A stretch of 64,000 nt of DNA from Rhodospirillales bacterium (GCA_963675465.2 CAXXVY010000007.1:15065-79064), one strand, 5' to 3'. Shown: positions 10,570 to 20,156, numbered from the stretch's first letter. Numbers and translations are program-made. The notes: generated by a model not told the origin, from the letters alone.

Positions 10570-10856
10570 GAAGCCCCGCGAGGTGCCGATCCCGCCTCTC
10601 CGTTCTCGGCGGGTAGGGGGATTCCGCGTTGCCGCATCGTTTTTGCGGAAATGCCGAGGACTCTGGTTCAATAGTCCTTCGGCCAGATTTCGTACCAGAC
10701 GCGCAGGTTGAGGTGTTCGCTTTCCTGCCCGAGCCGGGCGGGCCGGCGGCCGTGCTTCTTGCGGATGGCGCCCGATCGCTGTTCATCCGTGGCGAATGTC
10801 CTGGATAGCCCGGACTGCGCCGGGCTATGACGGTTTGGGCGGCATGCTTTTCCGTC

Positions 10857-10880
10857 ATTCCCCGGCAACGCCCGGGGAAT
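10857..10880. repeat. REP-like perfect 9-bp hairpin (ATTCCCCGG-N6-CCGGGGAAT) in a 470-bp gene-free region
   Basis: Read directly from the sequence. It resembles the 'cgtcattcc...ggaatcc' intergenic palindromes common in alphaproteobacteria. A second imperfect palindrome (ctctcccccc aagg ggcggagag) lies at about 10938-10960. Confidence 0.45.
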
Positions 10881-11040
10881 CCAGCGGGATGGGCGCCAGG
10901 ACGCGACGAACGCCCTGGAACCCCCATCCCATCTCGATCCTCTCCCCCCAAGGGGCGGAGAGAAAGATCCTAAACGGCGAACCCGCGACCGAAAAGACGG
11001 GCGGCGGGGGAGCCGCCGCCCTTGTGGGTTTCCGTCGCGC

Positions 11041-12036
11041 TTACTTGGCCGCGTCGCGGACCTTCTGGACCAGGCCGTGGCCGATTTCCTTGTCGAACTG
11101 GTCGACGATGTGCTTGACCGAATCCTGGAACGGCTTGAGGTCGTCGACCTCGTTCACCTGGACGCCGGACTTCTTGATCAGTTCCATGCTCTGGGCCCAG
11201 GCGCCGGTGATGTAGTCGATCTGGTGATTTTCGGCCGCGCGTCCGGCCTCCAGGATCGCCTTCTGGGTGTCGGGCGGGAAGCCGTCGAACTTCGCCTTGT
11301 TCATGACAACGACGTTGACCGAGATGGAATGGCGGTCCATCGAGTAATACTTGATGACGTCCTTCCAGCCCCACGAAACCACGCTGGCCGGGTCATTCTC
11401 GCCGGCATCCACGGTGCCGAGCTGGAGCGAGGTGTACAGTTCGGAGGCCGGCATCGGGGTCGGCAGCATGCCCATCGACTTGAACATCTCGACATAGACC
11501 GGGCTCTGCATCGACCGGATTTTCAGGCCGTTGGCATCGGCGACCGTCTTGATCGGGCGGACGTTGTTGAAGATGCTGCGGAAGCCGGGCAGCACGAAGG
11601 CGATCAGCTTCACGCCGTCGTCCTCGACCTCGGACTTGATGAAGTCGCCGACTTCGCCCTGGACCACCTTCTTGTAGTGGCCAACGCTTTCGTACAGGTA
11701 GGGCAGGTCGAAGATCTTGGCCGACGGCGCCCAGCCCAGGATGTAGGTGGTGGCGCCGACCGCGATGTCGACCGCGCCGCTTTGCGCCATTTCGGCCAGT
11801 TCGCGTTCGTTGGAACTGAGGGCGCCGGAATAGAACGTCTTGAGGGTGATTTCGCCGTTGGTCTTTTCCTTCAGCGCCGAGCCGAGCACCGTCAGGGTGT
11901 CGCCCAGGAAGCCGCCCTTTGGCGGCTGGCTGGTCGCGGCCTTCAGCGTGACTTCCGCCTGGGCCATGCCGGCGGAAAAGCCGAGGATCGCGGCGACGGC
12001 GGCCGTGGTCGCCAGAACATGCATACGGTTCTTCAT
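11041..12036 (-). CDS. TRAP transporter substrate-binding protein (DctP family)
   Basis: 331 aa with a signal peptide and overall DctP-family pattern. Last gene of a dctQ-dctM-dctP arrangement. Confidence 0.85.
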   Translation of the reverse strand: MKNRMHVLATTAAVAAILGFSAGMAQAEVTLKAATSQPPKGGFLGDTLTVLGSALKEKTNGEITLKTFYSGALSSNERELAEMAQSGAVDIAVGATTYILGWAPSAKIFDLPYLYESVGHYKKVVQGEVGDFIKSEVEDDGVKLIAFVLPGFRSIFNNVRPIKTVADANGLKIRSMQSPVYVEMFKSMGMLPTPMPASELYTSLQLGTVDAGENDPASVVSWGWKDVIKYYSMDRHSISVNVVVMNKAKFDGFPPDTQKAILEAGRAAENHQIDYITGAWAQSMELIKKSGVQVNEVDDLKPFQDSVKHIVDQFDKEIGHGLVQKVRDAAK

Positions 12037-12106
12037 CGTGTTTCCTCCATTTCCTTGCTTCGTTGAAGGCGCTTTCGGCGCCTCGTTTTCCGTCCTCGGC
12101 CGACCG

Positions 12107-13396
12107 TCAGCCGAAGAACAGATTCGGGACGAACTCCACCAACCAGGGCACGTAGGCGATAAGGATCAGAACCCCGACCATCGCAATGCTGAACGGGATC
12201 AGATCCTTGGTGAACTGTTCGACGCTGAGGCCGCTGATCGCGGAGCCGATGAACAGGCACGAGCCGACCGGCGGCGTGGCGAGGCCGAGAGCCAGCCCGA
12301 ACACCATGGTGACGGCGAAATGGGTATCCGAGATACCGATCGATTCCGCCAGCGGCTGGAAAATGGGCGTGAAGATCAGGATCGCCGGCAGCGGGTCGAG
12401 AAAGGTGCCGACGATGACGTAGGTCACCAGCATGCCGGCGGTGATCAGCACGGCGTTGTCGGTGATCGAGGTGATCCATGCGCCGACCGCGTCGGGAACC
12501 CCGGCGATGGCGAAGATCCACCCCATGACCATGGCCGTTCCCAGGCAGAACATGATCGCCGAAAGCCGCGCGCAGACCAGGATCAGGCTCTTGTAGAGCA
12601 CGCCCATCGGCGGCATCCGGCCGAGCAGAATCGGGCCGACGATGATGGCGTAGATCACCGAAAGGTTGGCCGCCTCGGTGGGCGTGACCACGCCGCCGAG
12701 AATGCCGCCCATGATGATCACCGGAATACCCAGGCCGGGCAGGCCCAGCCACAAGGCCACGCCCCGGTCGCGCCAGGACATCGGTTCGGCCTTGGGGAAT
12801 CCCTTGATGCGGCCGTAGGCGATCGAAATCGCCAACTGGGCCAATCCGGCGAGGATGCCCGGGACGACGCCGCCGAGAAACAGTACCGCGACCGAATTCG
12901 CCGTCGCCAGGGCGGCGATGATCATCAGGCCCGACGGCGGAATGATGACGCCGATGACCGACGATACCACGGTGACGGCGGTGGCGTAGCGGCGGCTGTA
13001 TCCCTGCTTGACCATGGCCGGGATCATCATGCTGCCGACCGCCGAGGTGTCGGCGGTGGCCGCCCCGGTGATTCCGGCGAAGAACATGCTGACGACGATG
13101 TTGATGTGGCTGAGCCCGCCGCGGATATGGCCGACCACCGCGTTGGCGCACTTGATCAGGCGGTCGAACAGCGGCGTCATGCCCATCAGTTCGCCGGCCA
13201 GCATGAAGAACGGGATGCACAGCAGGATGTAGTTGTTGATGCCGCCGAAAATGCGTTGCGGCACGATGATCGTCGGGATTTCGGGGTTGAAGAACTTCAG
13301 GGTCACGAACGACGTGATCAGCATCGCGTAGGCGATCGGCACGCCGATGAACATGAGCGAAAAAAAGATGATCAGCAGTATCGTTGCGGTCAGCAT
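12107..13396 (-). CDS. TRAP transporter large permease (DctM family)
   Basis: 429 aa, polytopic, with typical DctM sequence (PFFMLAGELM...). Confidence 0.9.
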   Translation of the reverse strand: MLTATILLIIFFSLMFIGVPIAYAMLITSFVTLKFFNPEIPTIIVPQRIFGGINNYILLCIPFFMLAGELMGMTPLFDRLIKCANAVVGHIRGGLSHINIVVSMFFAGITGAATADTSAVGSMMIPAMVKQGYSRRYATAVTVVSSVIGVIIPPSGLMIIAALATANSVAVLFLGGVVPGILAGLAQLAISIAYGRIKGFPKAEPMSWRDRGVALWLGLPGLGIPVIIMGGILGGVVTPTEAANLSVIYAIIVGPILLGRMPPMGVLYKSLILVCARLSAIMFCLGTAMVMGWIFAIAGVPDAVGAWITSITDNAVLITAGMLVTYVIVGTFLDPLPAILIFTPIFQPLAESIGISDTHFAVTMVFGLALGLATPPVGSCLFIGSAISGLSVEQFTKDLIPFSIAMVGVLILIAYVPWLVEFVPNLFFG

Positions 13397-13424
13397 GGCT
13401 GTCGGCCCCCTAACGGCGTCGGGA

Positions 13425-13976
13425 TCAGGAACGGTCGCGGACGACGGGTGCGGTTTCGGCGTTGGCGCTTTCGCTTCCGATGGCCTCGAAGTAGGTGGCT
13501 TTGCCGCTGATCAGGATTTCGATGCCGTTCCGCAGCCGGTTGATCATGGTCAGTCCGACGGCGACGGGCAGGGCGATGTAGATGAAGTTGAGCCGGATTT
13601 CGAGAACGGCGGAAATGCCGCGCGCGCCCATTTCGCCGAACTTGAGCCCTTCGAACAGCAGGTAGGCGAGCGCGGCGAAGACCAGGACTTCGTCGAACAG
13701 CCAGACGTACCGCTTCTGGCGCTCCGGGATCATGTTGATGAAATAGGTGATGCGGAAGTGCACCTTCATGCGCTCGGCGATCGAAACGCCGACGAACGCC
13801 AGCCAGATGAAGGCGAACCGCGCGACCTCCTCGGTCCATGGCACCGGATTCTTGAACACGTAGCGGCTGGCGGCGGCGACGAAGACGACGACGACCGTCG
13901 TCAGCAGCAGGAATATGGACGCCGCCTCGTTGGCGATGTCGAATGCCTTGAGAAATTTTCCTAAAACCGGCTTCAT
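13425..13976 (-). CDS. TRAP transporter small permease (DctQ family)
   Basis: The internal start MKPVLGKFLKAF gives 183 aa with 4 TM segments. The track ORF (to 14870) is an artefactual upstream extension running through the GntR gene. Confidence 0.8.
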   Translation of the reverse strand: MKPVLGKFLKAFDIANEAASIFLLLTTVVVVFVAAASRYVFKNPVPWTEEVARFAFIWLAFVGVSIAERMKVHFRITYFINMIPERQKRYVWLFDEVLVFAALAYLLFEGLKFGEMGARGISAVLEIRLNFIYIALPVAVGLTMINRLRNGIEILISGKATYFEAIGSESANAETAPVVRDRS

Positions 13977-13996
13977 GTTTCCTCCCGGATGCTTTT

Positions 13997-14800
13997 TTAT
14001 GGCTTGAGCGGCACGTCTCCGCCCGAAACGCCGAAGGCCCGTTCCCGAAGCGCCGCCTCCGGCGTCAAATCCGATGTCAGTCGTTCGTGTTGCTCGCGTG
14101 ATTTCACGAGATGGCGCCCCATGGCGGCGGCGGCGGCTTCGGGGTCGTGGTTCTCGATCGCGGCCAGGATGGCCTGATGCTCGTCGCGCGCTTTTTCGGC
14201 CCGGCCGTCGCGGCAGGTGTCGCTGCGTTCCGAAACCTTGATGATGTCGGGGGTGAGAAGGCTGATCAGGGTTCTCAGCAGAACGTTCCCCGAGCCTTCG
14301 GCGATCTTGAGATGAAAGACGGCGTCCTCGTCGAGCCCGGAACCGCCCGCAACCACGGCGCGCGCGTGGGCATCGAACGCAGTTCGAATCTCCGTCACCG
14401 TTTCCGGCGGGGCGCGTTCGGCGGCCAGATGGGCGGCGTGGATTTCCAGGAAATTGCGCGCTTCGTACAGACTTTTGTAGTCGGCGCCGCCCGGTATCCC
14501 CAGGACGTTCTGGATCAGGCCGTCGAGCGCCCGGACGCCGATGGTTTCGACGACGGTGCCGCTTTGCGGCACGGTTTTGACGATTCCGTAGAATTCCAAC
14601 TTTCGCAGCGCTTCGCGGACATGGCCGCGACCCACGCAAAAGCGTTCGCACAGAATCCGTTCCGGCGGCAGGCGTTGCCCCGGTTTCAGGATTCCCGTCG
14701 CGATCAGCTTGCGGATCTGTTCGATGATCTGATCCGACGGCCTCTTGATCTCGATTTCCTCGAGATGTTGAGCGACGACGTGGGGATTGGGTGCGTTCAT
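13997..14800 (-). CDS. GntR-family transcriptional regulator (FadR/FCD subfamily)
   Basis: wHTH ...PGQRLPPERILCERFCVGRGHVREALRKLEFYGIV... plus an FCD-type C-terminal domain. The start at ATG 14800 is uncertain; the track uses TTG 14842. Confidence 0.85.
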   Translation of the reverse strand: MNAPNPHVVAQHLEEIEIKRPSDQIIEQIRKLIATGILKPGQRLPPERILCERFCVGRGHVREALRKLEFYGIVKTVPQSGTVVETIGVRALDGLIQNVLGIPGGADYKSLYEARNFLEIHAAHLAAERAPPETVTEIRTAFDAHARAVVAGGSGLDEDAVFHLKIAEGSGNVLLRTLISLLTPDIIKVSERSDTCRDGRAEKARDEHQAILAAIENHDPEAAAAAMGRHLVKSREQHERLTSDLTPEAALRERAFGVSGGDVPLKP

Positions 14801-14802
14801 AT

Positions 14803-14841
14803 TGGTAACCAGTACGCCGATGGCTAGTAACTGGTAAACCA
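14803..14841. promoter_or_regulatory. Two TGGT-N1-2-ACCA palindromes (candidate GntR/FadR-type operators)
   Basis: TGGTAACCA at 14803-14811 and TGGTAAACCA at 14832-14841, immediately upstream of the regulator gene heading the TRAP operon. Confidence 0.4.
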
Positions 14842-15227
14842 ATTTTCCCGCTGGTAAAAATAAGAGTCAACCCTATTCCACCTTTCGATGGTGAATCGGC
14901 GGGCTCTAGAAATGAAAACGGTCGATTTTGGACGAAAATCGGCGTTCTTTTTATTTCGAATACGGAACGTGCGGCACGAATCGCGAGAACCGCAGAATGA
15001 ATCCGGAGTGTCGCGTTCAGTTATTGCCGACGCATTCGTCGCGGCTGTAGACCACTTCGTCGATCATCGGCGGCCGTCGCGGAATTCCGCGTGATATTCG
15101 CCCGCGTCACGTCAGCGATTCGGTGAGCGCCAAAAGCTGGCTCGACGCAACCATCTTGCGTCCGCCAGGAGTTTGTCTCCTCTATCGTCGGGTTTCGCGC
15201 TCGGTCATTCGTGTGCGGCGCGACTCG

Positions 15228-16625
15228 TCACCAGGGCGAGACGAGCGTCGTAAAGACCGCCGCGATAGCAGCCGATGAAGTGGCTGCTTTTGCAGGTTGC
15301 CAAAGGCACGGGCCGGGGCTGCTGCATGGCCCCCCCCCCAGTTGCTCGGGGAGGCCGGGATCGAAATCCCACCAGCCATTGACCCGCTGGCGGGTCTCGC
15401 CGTGGATTACAAGGTCGGCGTGTCGCTTGGTTCCGATTTCGGCGCCATTGTTCGCTAAAAAGTACTCACGATCAGTGCCGTCGGCGAAGTTCTCCATCTT
15501 GAAGTGAAAGTTCCAACTCCGCCGTCTGGTTTCCTGTCTTTCGGTCGCGGTCAAGGCGTCGAGGGCGCGCGGCAACGCTTCGCGCAGGCGCAAACCCAGC
15601 CATTGCGGCATCATTGGGCATCGCTTGTCGGGACACAGGGCATCGCCGCGCGAGTCCTTGGATGGCGCGTTCGGATCATCGTAACCGGGTAACTCGCCCG
15701 GCACGAAACTTTCGGAGCGCAGGCGCAGCAGTTCGGGCTTGTCCCAGGGCCGCACGTCGAAGTCGATCGTCTCCTCGCGTTGGTTTCTCCGGGTGATGTG
15801 GATCGCGAAGTAAAGACAATCCAAATCAAGATAGGCGAAGTCGATGGAGTCCGACGCGGGAACCTTCCAGTCCCACCGCCGCGTCAGGCGCAACGGCGAG
15901 AGAAACTCCGGCTTTCGCCCCGGAAGCGGCACGGGTATGAGGAGTTGGCTGCCGTCATCGTTTGCCAGAAACGGGTCGGTGGCCGCGCGCTCTTTGAAAT
16001 AGGCGGACAGTTTCGGATTGCCCCGGCCGGCATGGACGGCCACTTGCAACGCTTCCATGGCCGGCAAGCGGTGAACGGATTCGCCGGGTTCGCACAGGCG
16101 CCACGGCTTGGCGGGTTCGTCTCCCAAGGGTGGCAGGTGGGCGCAAAGCACCGGCGGATTGCCGCCGCACCAACCGGTGGCCAATGGCTTCTGCGTGCGC
16201 ACGATCCCGGTGCGCCAGCTTTCCAAGTGCCAACCGCCGACGGTCGAGAGTTCTTTCATGGGGCCGCCGACCGCCATGCTTTTTGGAAAGCAGGTGAGGG
16301 CATCGACCGCGAAGCTGTCGAGGCGCCGCCACAGACCGAAGGGCGGCGGTTCGGGAAAGCTCTTTCCGTAGTCGAGGTACCACACGCGTCCCCAATCCCC
16401 CGGCGACAGCAGGGATTCGACCAGAAGTTCCGAGCGGACTTCCGGATCGCGATAGGAGAAGCGCATCCAGTGGCGGTTGATCGACGCCGCGATGCCGGAC
16501 ATCTCGCGGGGAGGAACCCGACCGGCGAAGGCGAGTTCCTGACCGGTCAGTCGGTGGCGGATCGCCCACTGCGCGTAGTCAATATCGTACCAACCGAAAT
16601 AGTGCTCGTACACCTTGCCACCCAA
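15228..16625 (-). CDS. Hypothetical 465-aa Trp-rich protein, no recognisable domain; 3' end uncertain because of a G10 tract
   Basis: A long ORF with its own upstream region, since the hbd terminator lies between it and hbd. No signal peptide or TM segment. The C-terminal 33 aa after the homopolymer look non-protein-like. Confidence 0.55.
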   Translation of the reverse strand: MGGKVYEHYFGWYDIDYAQWAIRHRLTGQELAFAGRVPPREMSGIAASINRHWMRFSYRDPEVRSELLVESLLSPGDWGRVWYLDYGKSFPEPPPFGLWRRLDSFAVDALTCFPKSMAVGGPMKELSTVGGWHLESWRTGIVRTQKPLATGWCGGNPPVLCAHLPPLGDEPAKPWRLCEPGESVHRLPAMEALQVAVHAGRGNPKLSAYFKERAATDPFLANDDGSQLLIPVPLPGRKPEFLSPLRLTRRWDWKVPASDSIDFAYLDLDCLYFAIHITRRNQREETIDFDVRPWDKPELLRLRSESFVPGELPGYDDPNAPSKDSRGDALCPDKRCPMMPQWLGLRLREALPRALDALTATERQETRRRSWNFHFKMENFADGTDREYFLANNGAEIGTKRHADLVIHGETRQRVNGWWDFDPGLPEQLGGGPCSSPGPCLWQPAKAATSSAAIAAVFTTLVSPW

Positions 16626-16750
16626 GGCGGTTGTGTAAGTGTTTTGAGGTACCCCGAGTTTGTGCAGCTTGCGGCGAGTTTCTTAATGCGACGATAACGG
16701 GCTTTGCCGTTGACGATCGCCCGACAGGCGGGAAAGCAAGAAGGCCGGCA

Positions 16751-16783
16751 TGCAAAACGGGCGGCGGGAAATCCCGCCGCCCG
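16751..16783 (-). terminator. Rho-independent terminator downstream of hbd
   Basis: Minus strand reads CGGGCGGCGGG-ATTT-CCCGCCGCCCG followed by TTTTGCA. It lies 25 nt after the hbd stop. Confidence 0.65.
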
Positions 16784-16807
16784 TCCTCGATTCAGCCCGT
16801 CGGCGCG

Positions 16808-17689
16808 TCAGCGCGTCGGTACCGGGATTTCGTTGGTGTAGTCGTAGAAGCCGCGCCCGGTCTTGCGGCCGAGCCAGCCGGCCTCGACGTATTTGACCAG
16901 CAGCGGGCATGGCCGGTACTTGGTGTCGGCCAGACCGTCGTGCAGCATGTTCATGATCGTCAGGCAGGTGTCCAGCCCCATGAAATCCGCCAGTTCCAGC
17001 GGCCCCATCGGGTGGTTGGTGCCCAGTTTCATCGCGGTGTCGATGGCGCTGACGGTGCCGACGCCTTCGTAGAGGGCGTAGACCGCCTCGTTGATCATCG
17101 GCATCAGGATGCGGTGCACGATGAACGCGGGGAAATCCTCGGCGCTGACCGTGGTCTTGCCCAGCCCTTCGACGAAGGCGTTGATGGTCTGGAAGGTGTC
17201 TTCCTCGGTCGCGATGCCCCGGATCATTTCCACCAGTTGGATCGCCGGAACCGGATTCATGAAGTGGACGCCCGCGAATTTGCCCGGCCGATCGGTTTGC
17301 GCCGCCAGCCGGGTGATCGAGATTGACGAGGTGTTGGTGGCGATCAGGGTTTCCGGCGGCAGAACCGGACACAACTTCTTCAGGACGTCTTTCTTGACCT
17401 GTTCGTTTTCGCTCGCCGATTCGATGACCAGGTCGCATTCGGCGAACGGCCGGTATTCGATGCCGGTCCGGATGCGTTTCATCACCTCGGCCTTCTGGGC
17501 GGCGGTGATGAGCGACTTCTTGATCTGGCGGTCGAGTCCGAGTTCGATCTGGCGGATGGCTTCCGCCAGTTTTTCCTCGGTCAGGTCAAGCAGGTAGACG
17601 TCGTGCCCGGCCAACGCGCAGACATGGGCGATGCCTTGCCCCATCTGTCCGGCCCCGACGACGCCGACCTTTCCGATTTGCTTGGGCAT
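16808..17689 (-). CDS. hbd: 3-hydroxybutyryl-CoA dehydrogenase
   Basis: 293 aa. VGVVGAGQMGQGIA Rossmann motif, TNTSS, and the HFMNPVP motif. Confidence 0.9.
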   Translation of the reverse strand: MPKQIGKVGVVGAGQMGQGIAHVCALAGHDVYLLDLTEEKLAEAIRQIELGLDRQIKKSLITAAQKAEVMKRIRTGIEYRPFAECDLVIESASENEQVKKDVLKKLCPVLPPETLIATNTSSISITRLAAQTDRPGKFAGVHFMNPVPAIQLVEMIRGIATEEDTFQTINAFVEGLGKTTVSAEDFPAFIVHRILMPMINEAVYALYEGVGTVSAIDTAMKLGTNHPMGPLELADFMGLDTCLTIMNMLHDGLADTKYRPCPLLVKYVEAGWLGRKTGRGFYDYTNEIPVPTR

Positions 17690-17722
17690 GTCCGCGCTCT
17701 CCGTTCCTGAGGGAAGTGACCT

Positions 17723-18661
17723 CTATCCCTGCGCTTCGATGGCGTCGACCAGTTCCGGCAGAACCTGGAACAGATCGGCAACCAGGCCGTAATCGGCCAC
17801 TTGGAAAATGGGCGCTTCCTCATCCTTGTTGATGGCGACGATGACCTTGCTGTCCTTCATTCCGGCCAGATGCTGGATCGCGCCCGAAATACCGACGGCG
17901 ATGTACAGGTCGGGGGCGACGACCTTGCCGGTCTGGCCGACCTGATAGTCGTTGGGAACGAACCCGGCATCCACCGCCGCGCGCGACGCGCCGACCGCGG
18001 CGCCGAGCTTGTCGGCCAGGCTTTCCAGCAGCGTGAAGTTCTCGCCGCTCTGCATGCCGCGGCCGCCCGATACGATGACCCGCGCCGCCGTCAGTTCGGG
18101 GCGGGCGGATTCGGTCAAATCCTGGCCCACGAACGACGAAGCGCCGGGGCCGGATTCGGTCACCGCCGCTGCGACGGACGCCGACCCGCCTTCGGTCGCG
18201 GCGGCTTCGAACGCCGTGGTCCGCACCGTGATCACCTTGACGGCGTCGGCGGAGCGCACCGTTGCCAGCGCGTTGCCGGCGTAGATCGGACGCACGAAGG
18301 TGTCGGGGCCCTCGATCGCGACGATGTCGGAAATCTGGGCCACGTCCAAAAGAGCGGCGACGCGCGGCAGCACGTTTTTGCCGAAGGTGTCGGCGGGAGC
18401 GAGGACGTAAGCGTACCCGGCGGCCAGCTTGGCGACCGTGGGGGCCAGATCCTCGGCCAGCGGGTGGGCGAACGCGGCATCGTCGGCGCACAGTACCTTG
18501 GCGACACCGGCGATCTTGGCGGCGGCGTCGCAGACGGCGCCACAGGCCGATCCGGCGACCAGCAGATGCACTTCTCCGAGCGCGGCGGCCGCCGTGACGG
18601 TATTCAGGGTGGCGGGCTTGATCGCGCCGCCGTCGTGTTCGGCTAAGACCAGGACGCTCAT
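17723..18661 (-). CDS. etfA: Electron transfer flavoprotein alpha subunit
   Basis: 312 aa. Has the C-terminal FAD-binding signature [19 protein letters not shown]. There is a 4-nt overlap with etfB. Confidence 0.9.
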   Translation of the reverse strand: MSVLVLAEHDGGAIKPATLNTVTAAAALGEVHLLVAGSACGAVCDAAAKIAGVAKVLCADDAAFAHPLAEDLAPTVAKLAAGYAYVLAPADTFGKNVLPRVAALLDVAQISDIVAIEGPDTFVRPIYAGNALATVRSADAVKVITVRTTAFEAAATEGGSASVAAAVTESGPGASSFVGQDLTESARPELTAARVIVSGGRGMQSGENFTLLESLADKLGAAVGASRAAVDAGFVPNDYQVGQTGKVVAPDLYIAVGISGAIQHLAGMKDSKVIVAINKDEEAPIFQVADYGLVADLFQVLPELVDAIEAQG

Positions 18662-19410
18662 CGGATCACCTTGGCTTCGTTCTTCAGTTTGTCGACCAGT
18701 TCCGCGACGCTGCCGACGATGATGCCGCCCTTGCGCTTCTGCGGCTCGACCACCTTGAGGACGGTCAGGCGCGGTGCCGGGTCGACACCCAGATCGGCGG
18801 GGGCGATGTTCTCGATCGGCTTCTTCTTCGCCTTCATGATGTTGGGCAGCGACGCATAGCGCGGCGTGTTCAGACGCAGGTCGACGGAAACCACCGCCGG
18901 AAGCGACAGTTCCACGGTTTCCAGACCGCCGTCGATTTCGCGCACCACGGTGGCCTTGCCGTCGGCGATCGCCAGTTTGGAGGCGAAAGTGCCCTGCGGC
19001 CAGCCGAGCATGGCGGCCAGCATCTGGCCGGTCTGGTTGGAATCGTCGTCGATGGCCTGCTTGCCGACGATGACCAACTCGGCGTTTTCACGTTCCGCCA
19101 GCGCCTTCAGCATCTTGGCCACGGCCAAGGGCTCCAGCGTCGCATCGCTCTGAACCAGGATGCCGCGATCGGCACCCATGGCGAGCGCTGTACGAAGGGT
19201 TTCCTGGGACTGCGCGGGCCCCATCGAAACGGCGATCAGTTCGGTCGCGATGCCGGCCTCTTTCAACCGCACGCCTTCCTCGACGGCGATTTCATCGAAG
19301 GGATTCATCGACATCTTGACATTGGCGGTCTCGACTCCCGTCTGGTCCGACTTGACGCGGACGTTGACGTTGTAGTCGATGACCCGTTTGACGGCGACAA
19401 GGACTTTCAT
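18658..19410 (-). CDS. etfB: Electron transfer flavoprotein beta subunit
   Basis: 250 aa, [19 protein letters not shown]..., typical EtfB. Confidence 0.9.
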   Translation of the reverse strand: MKVLVAVKRVIDYNVNVRVKSDQTGVETANVKMSMNPFDEIAVEEGVRLKEAGIATELIAVSMGPAQSQETLRTALAMGADRGILVQSDATLEPLAVAKMLKALAERENAELVIVGKQAIDDDSNQTGQMLAAMLGWPQGTFASKLAIADGKATVVREIDGGLETVELSLPAVVSVDLRLNTPRYASLPNIMKAKKKPIENIAPADLGVDPAPRLTVLKVVEPQKRKGGIIVGSVAELVDKLKNEAKVIR

Positions 19411-19589
19411 TGACGACCTATATTTGGTGAATCGTGATTGTCTGCCCGCGTCCGAACGCGAACCCCCAAATTTCCCAAAGAAAGCGCTTTCACGTTGGCG
19501 TAGTAAAGCATTTTCAGGATTTCGGACAATAACCGCCGTGTTTCAGCGTGTCAACGCCGCCCCCCCGCCGCGAAGCGTGGCGTATGAGG

Positions 19590-20156
19590 CTACCGGTGCG
19601 CGCCGGGACGCCACGGAACATCGTTCCGGCCGTCGTCGTTGGCACGCCGGGCGAGCACGAACAGCAGGTCCGACAGGCGGTTGACGTAGCGCACGGCCTC
19701 CGGGTTGACGGGGTCGGACCGGATCAGGTCGATGAGCGCCCGCTCGGCGCGCCGGACCACGGTCCGCGCCAAGTGAAGATGGGCGGCCAACGGCGACCCG
19801 CCCGGCAGGATGAAGGATTCCAACGGCGTCAAATGGCCGTTGGCGTCATCGATCCGGCGTTCCAGGCGATCGACCTGGCCGGCGGCGATGCGCAGCCTGC
19901 CGGCGCCCCTGTCCGGGGCGGTTTCCGGTACGCACAGATCCGCGCCCAGGTCGAACAGGTCGTTCTGGATTTCGGACAGCAGGGCGTCGGTTTCCGGCTC
20001 CGCGTGCAGGCGGGCGGTTCCGATGGCCGCGTTGGCCTCGTCGATAGCGCCGATGGCTTCGACGCGGGGCGCATTCTTGGAGACCCGGGAGCCGTCGCCC
20101 AGGCCAGTGGTTCCGTCATCTCCGGTGCGGGTGTAGATGCGTGTCAATCGGACCAT
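19590..20156 (-). CDS. PduO-type ATP:cob(I)alamin adenosyltransferase
   Basis: 188 aa. N-terminal IYTRTGDDGTTGL motif, and EANAAIG. Confidence 0.85.
   Translation of the reverse strand: MVRLTRIYTRTGDDGTTGLGDGSRVSKNAPRVEAIGAIDEANAAIGTARLHAEPETDALLSEIQNDLFDLGADLCVPETAPDRGAGRLRIAAGQVDRLERRIDDANGHLTPLESFILPGGSPLAAHLHLARTVVRRAERALIDLIRSDPVNPEAVRYVNRLSDLLFVLARRANDDGRNDVPWRPGAHR

Noticed and set aside
10668-10868. A 66-aa minus-strand ORF as a real gene or identifiable pseudogene.
   Set aside because: Only the last ~30 residues look protein-like. I cannot assign a family, and the region is full of REP-like palindromes. It is kept only as a remark in a finding.
19411-19589. Cobalamin riboswitch near the PduO-type adenosyltransferase.
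   Set aside because: The interval is downstream of etfB and upstream of nothing B12-regulated. I saw no B12-box-like sequence.
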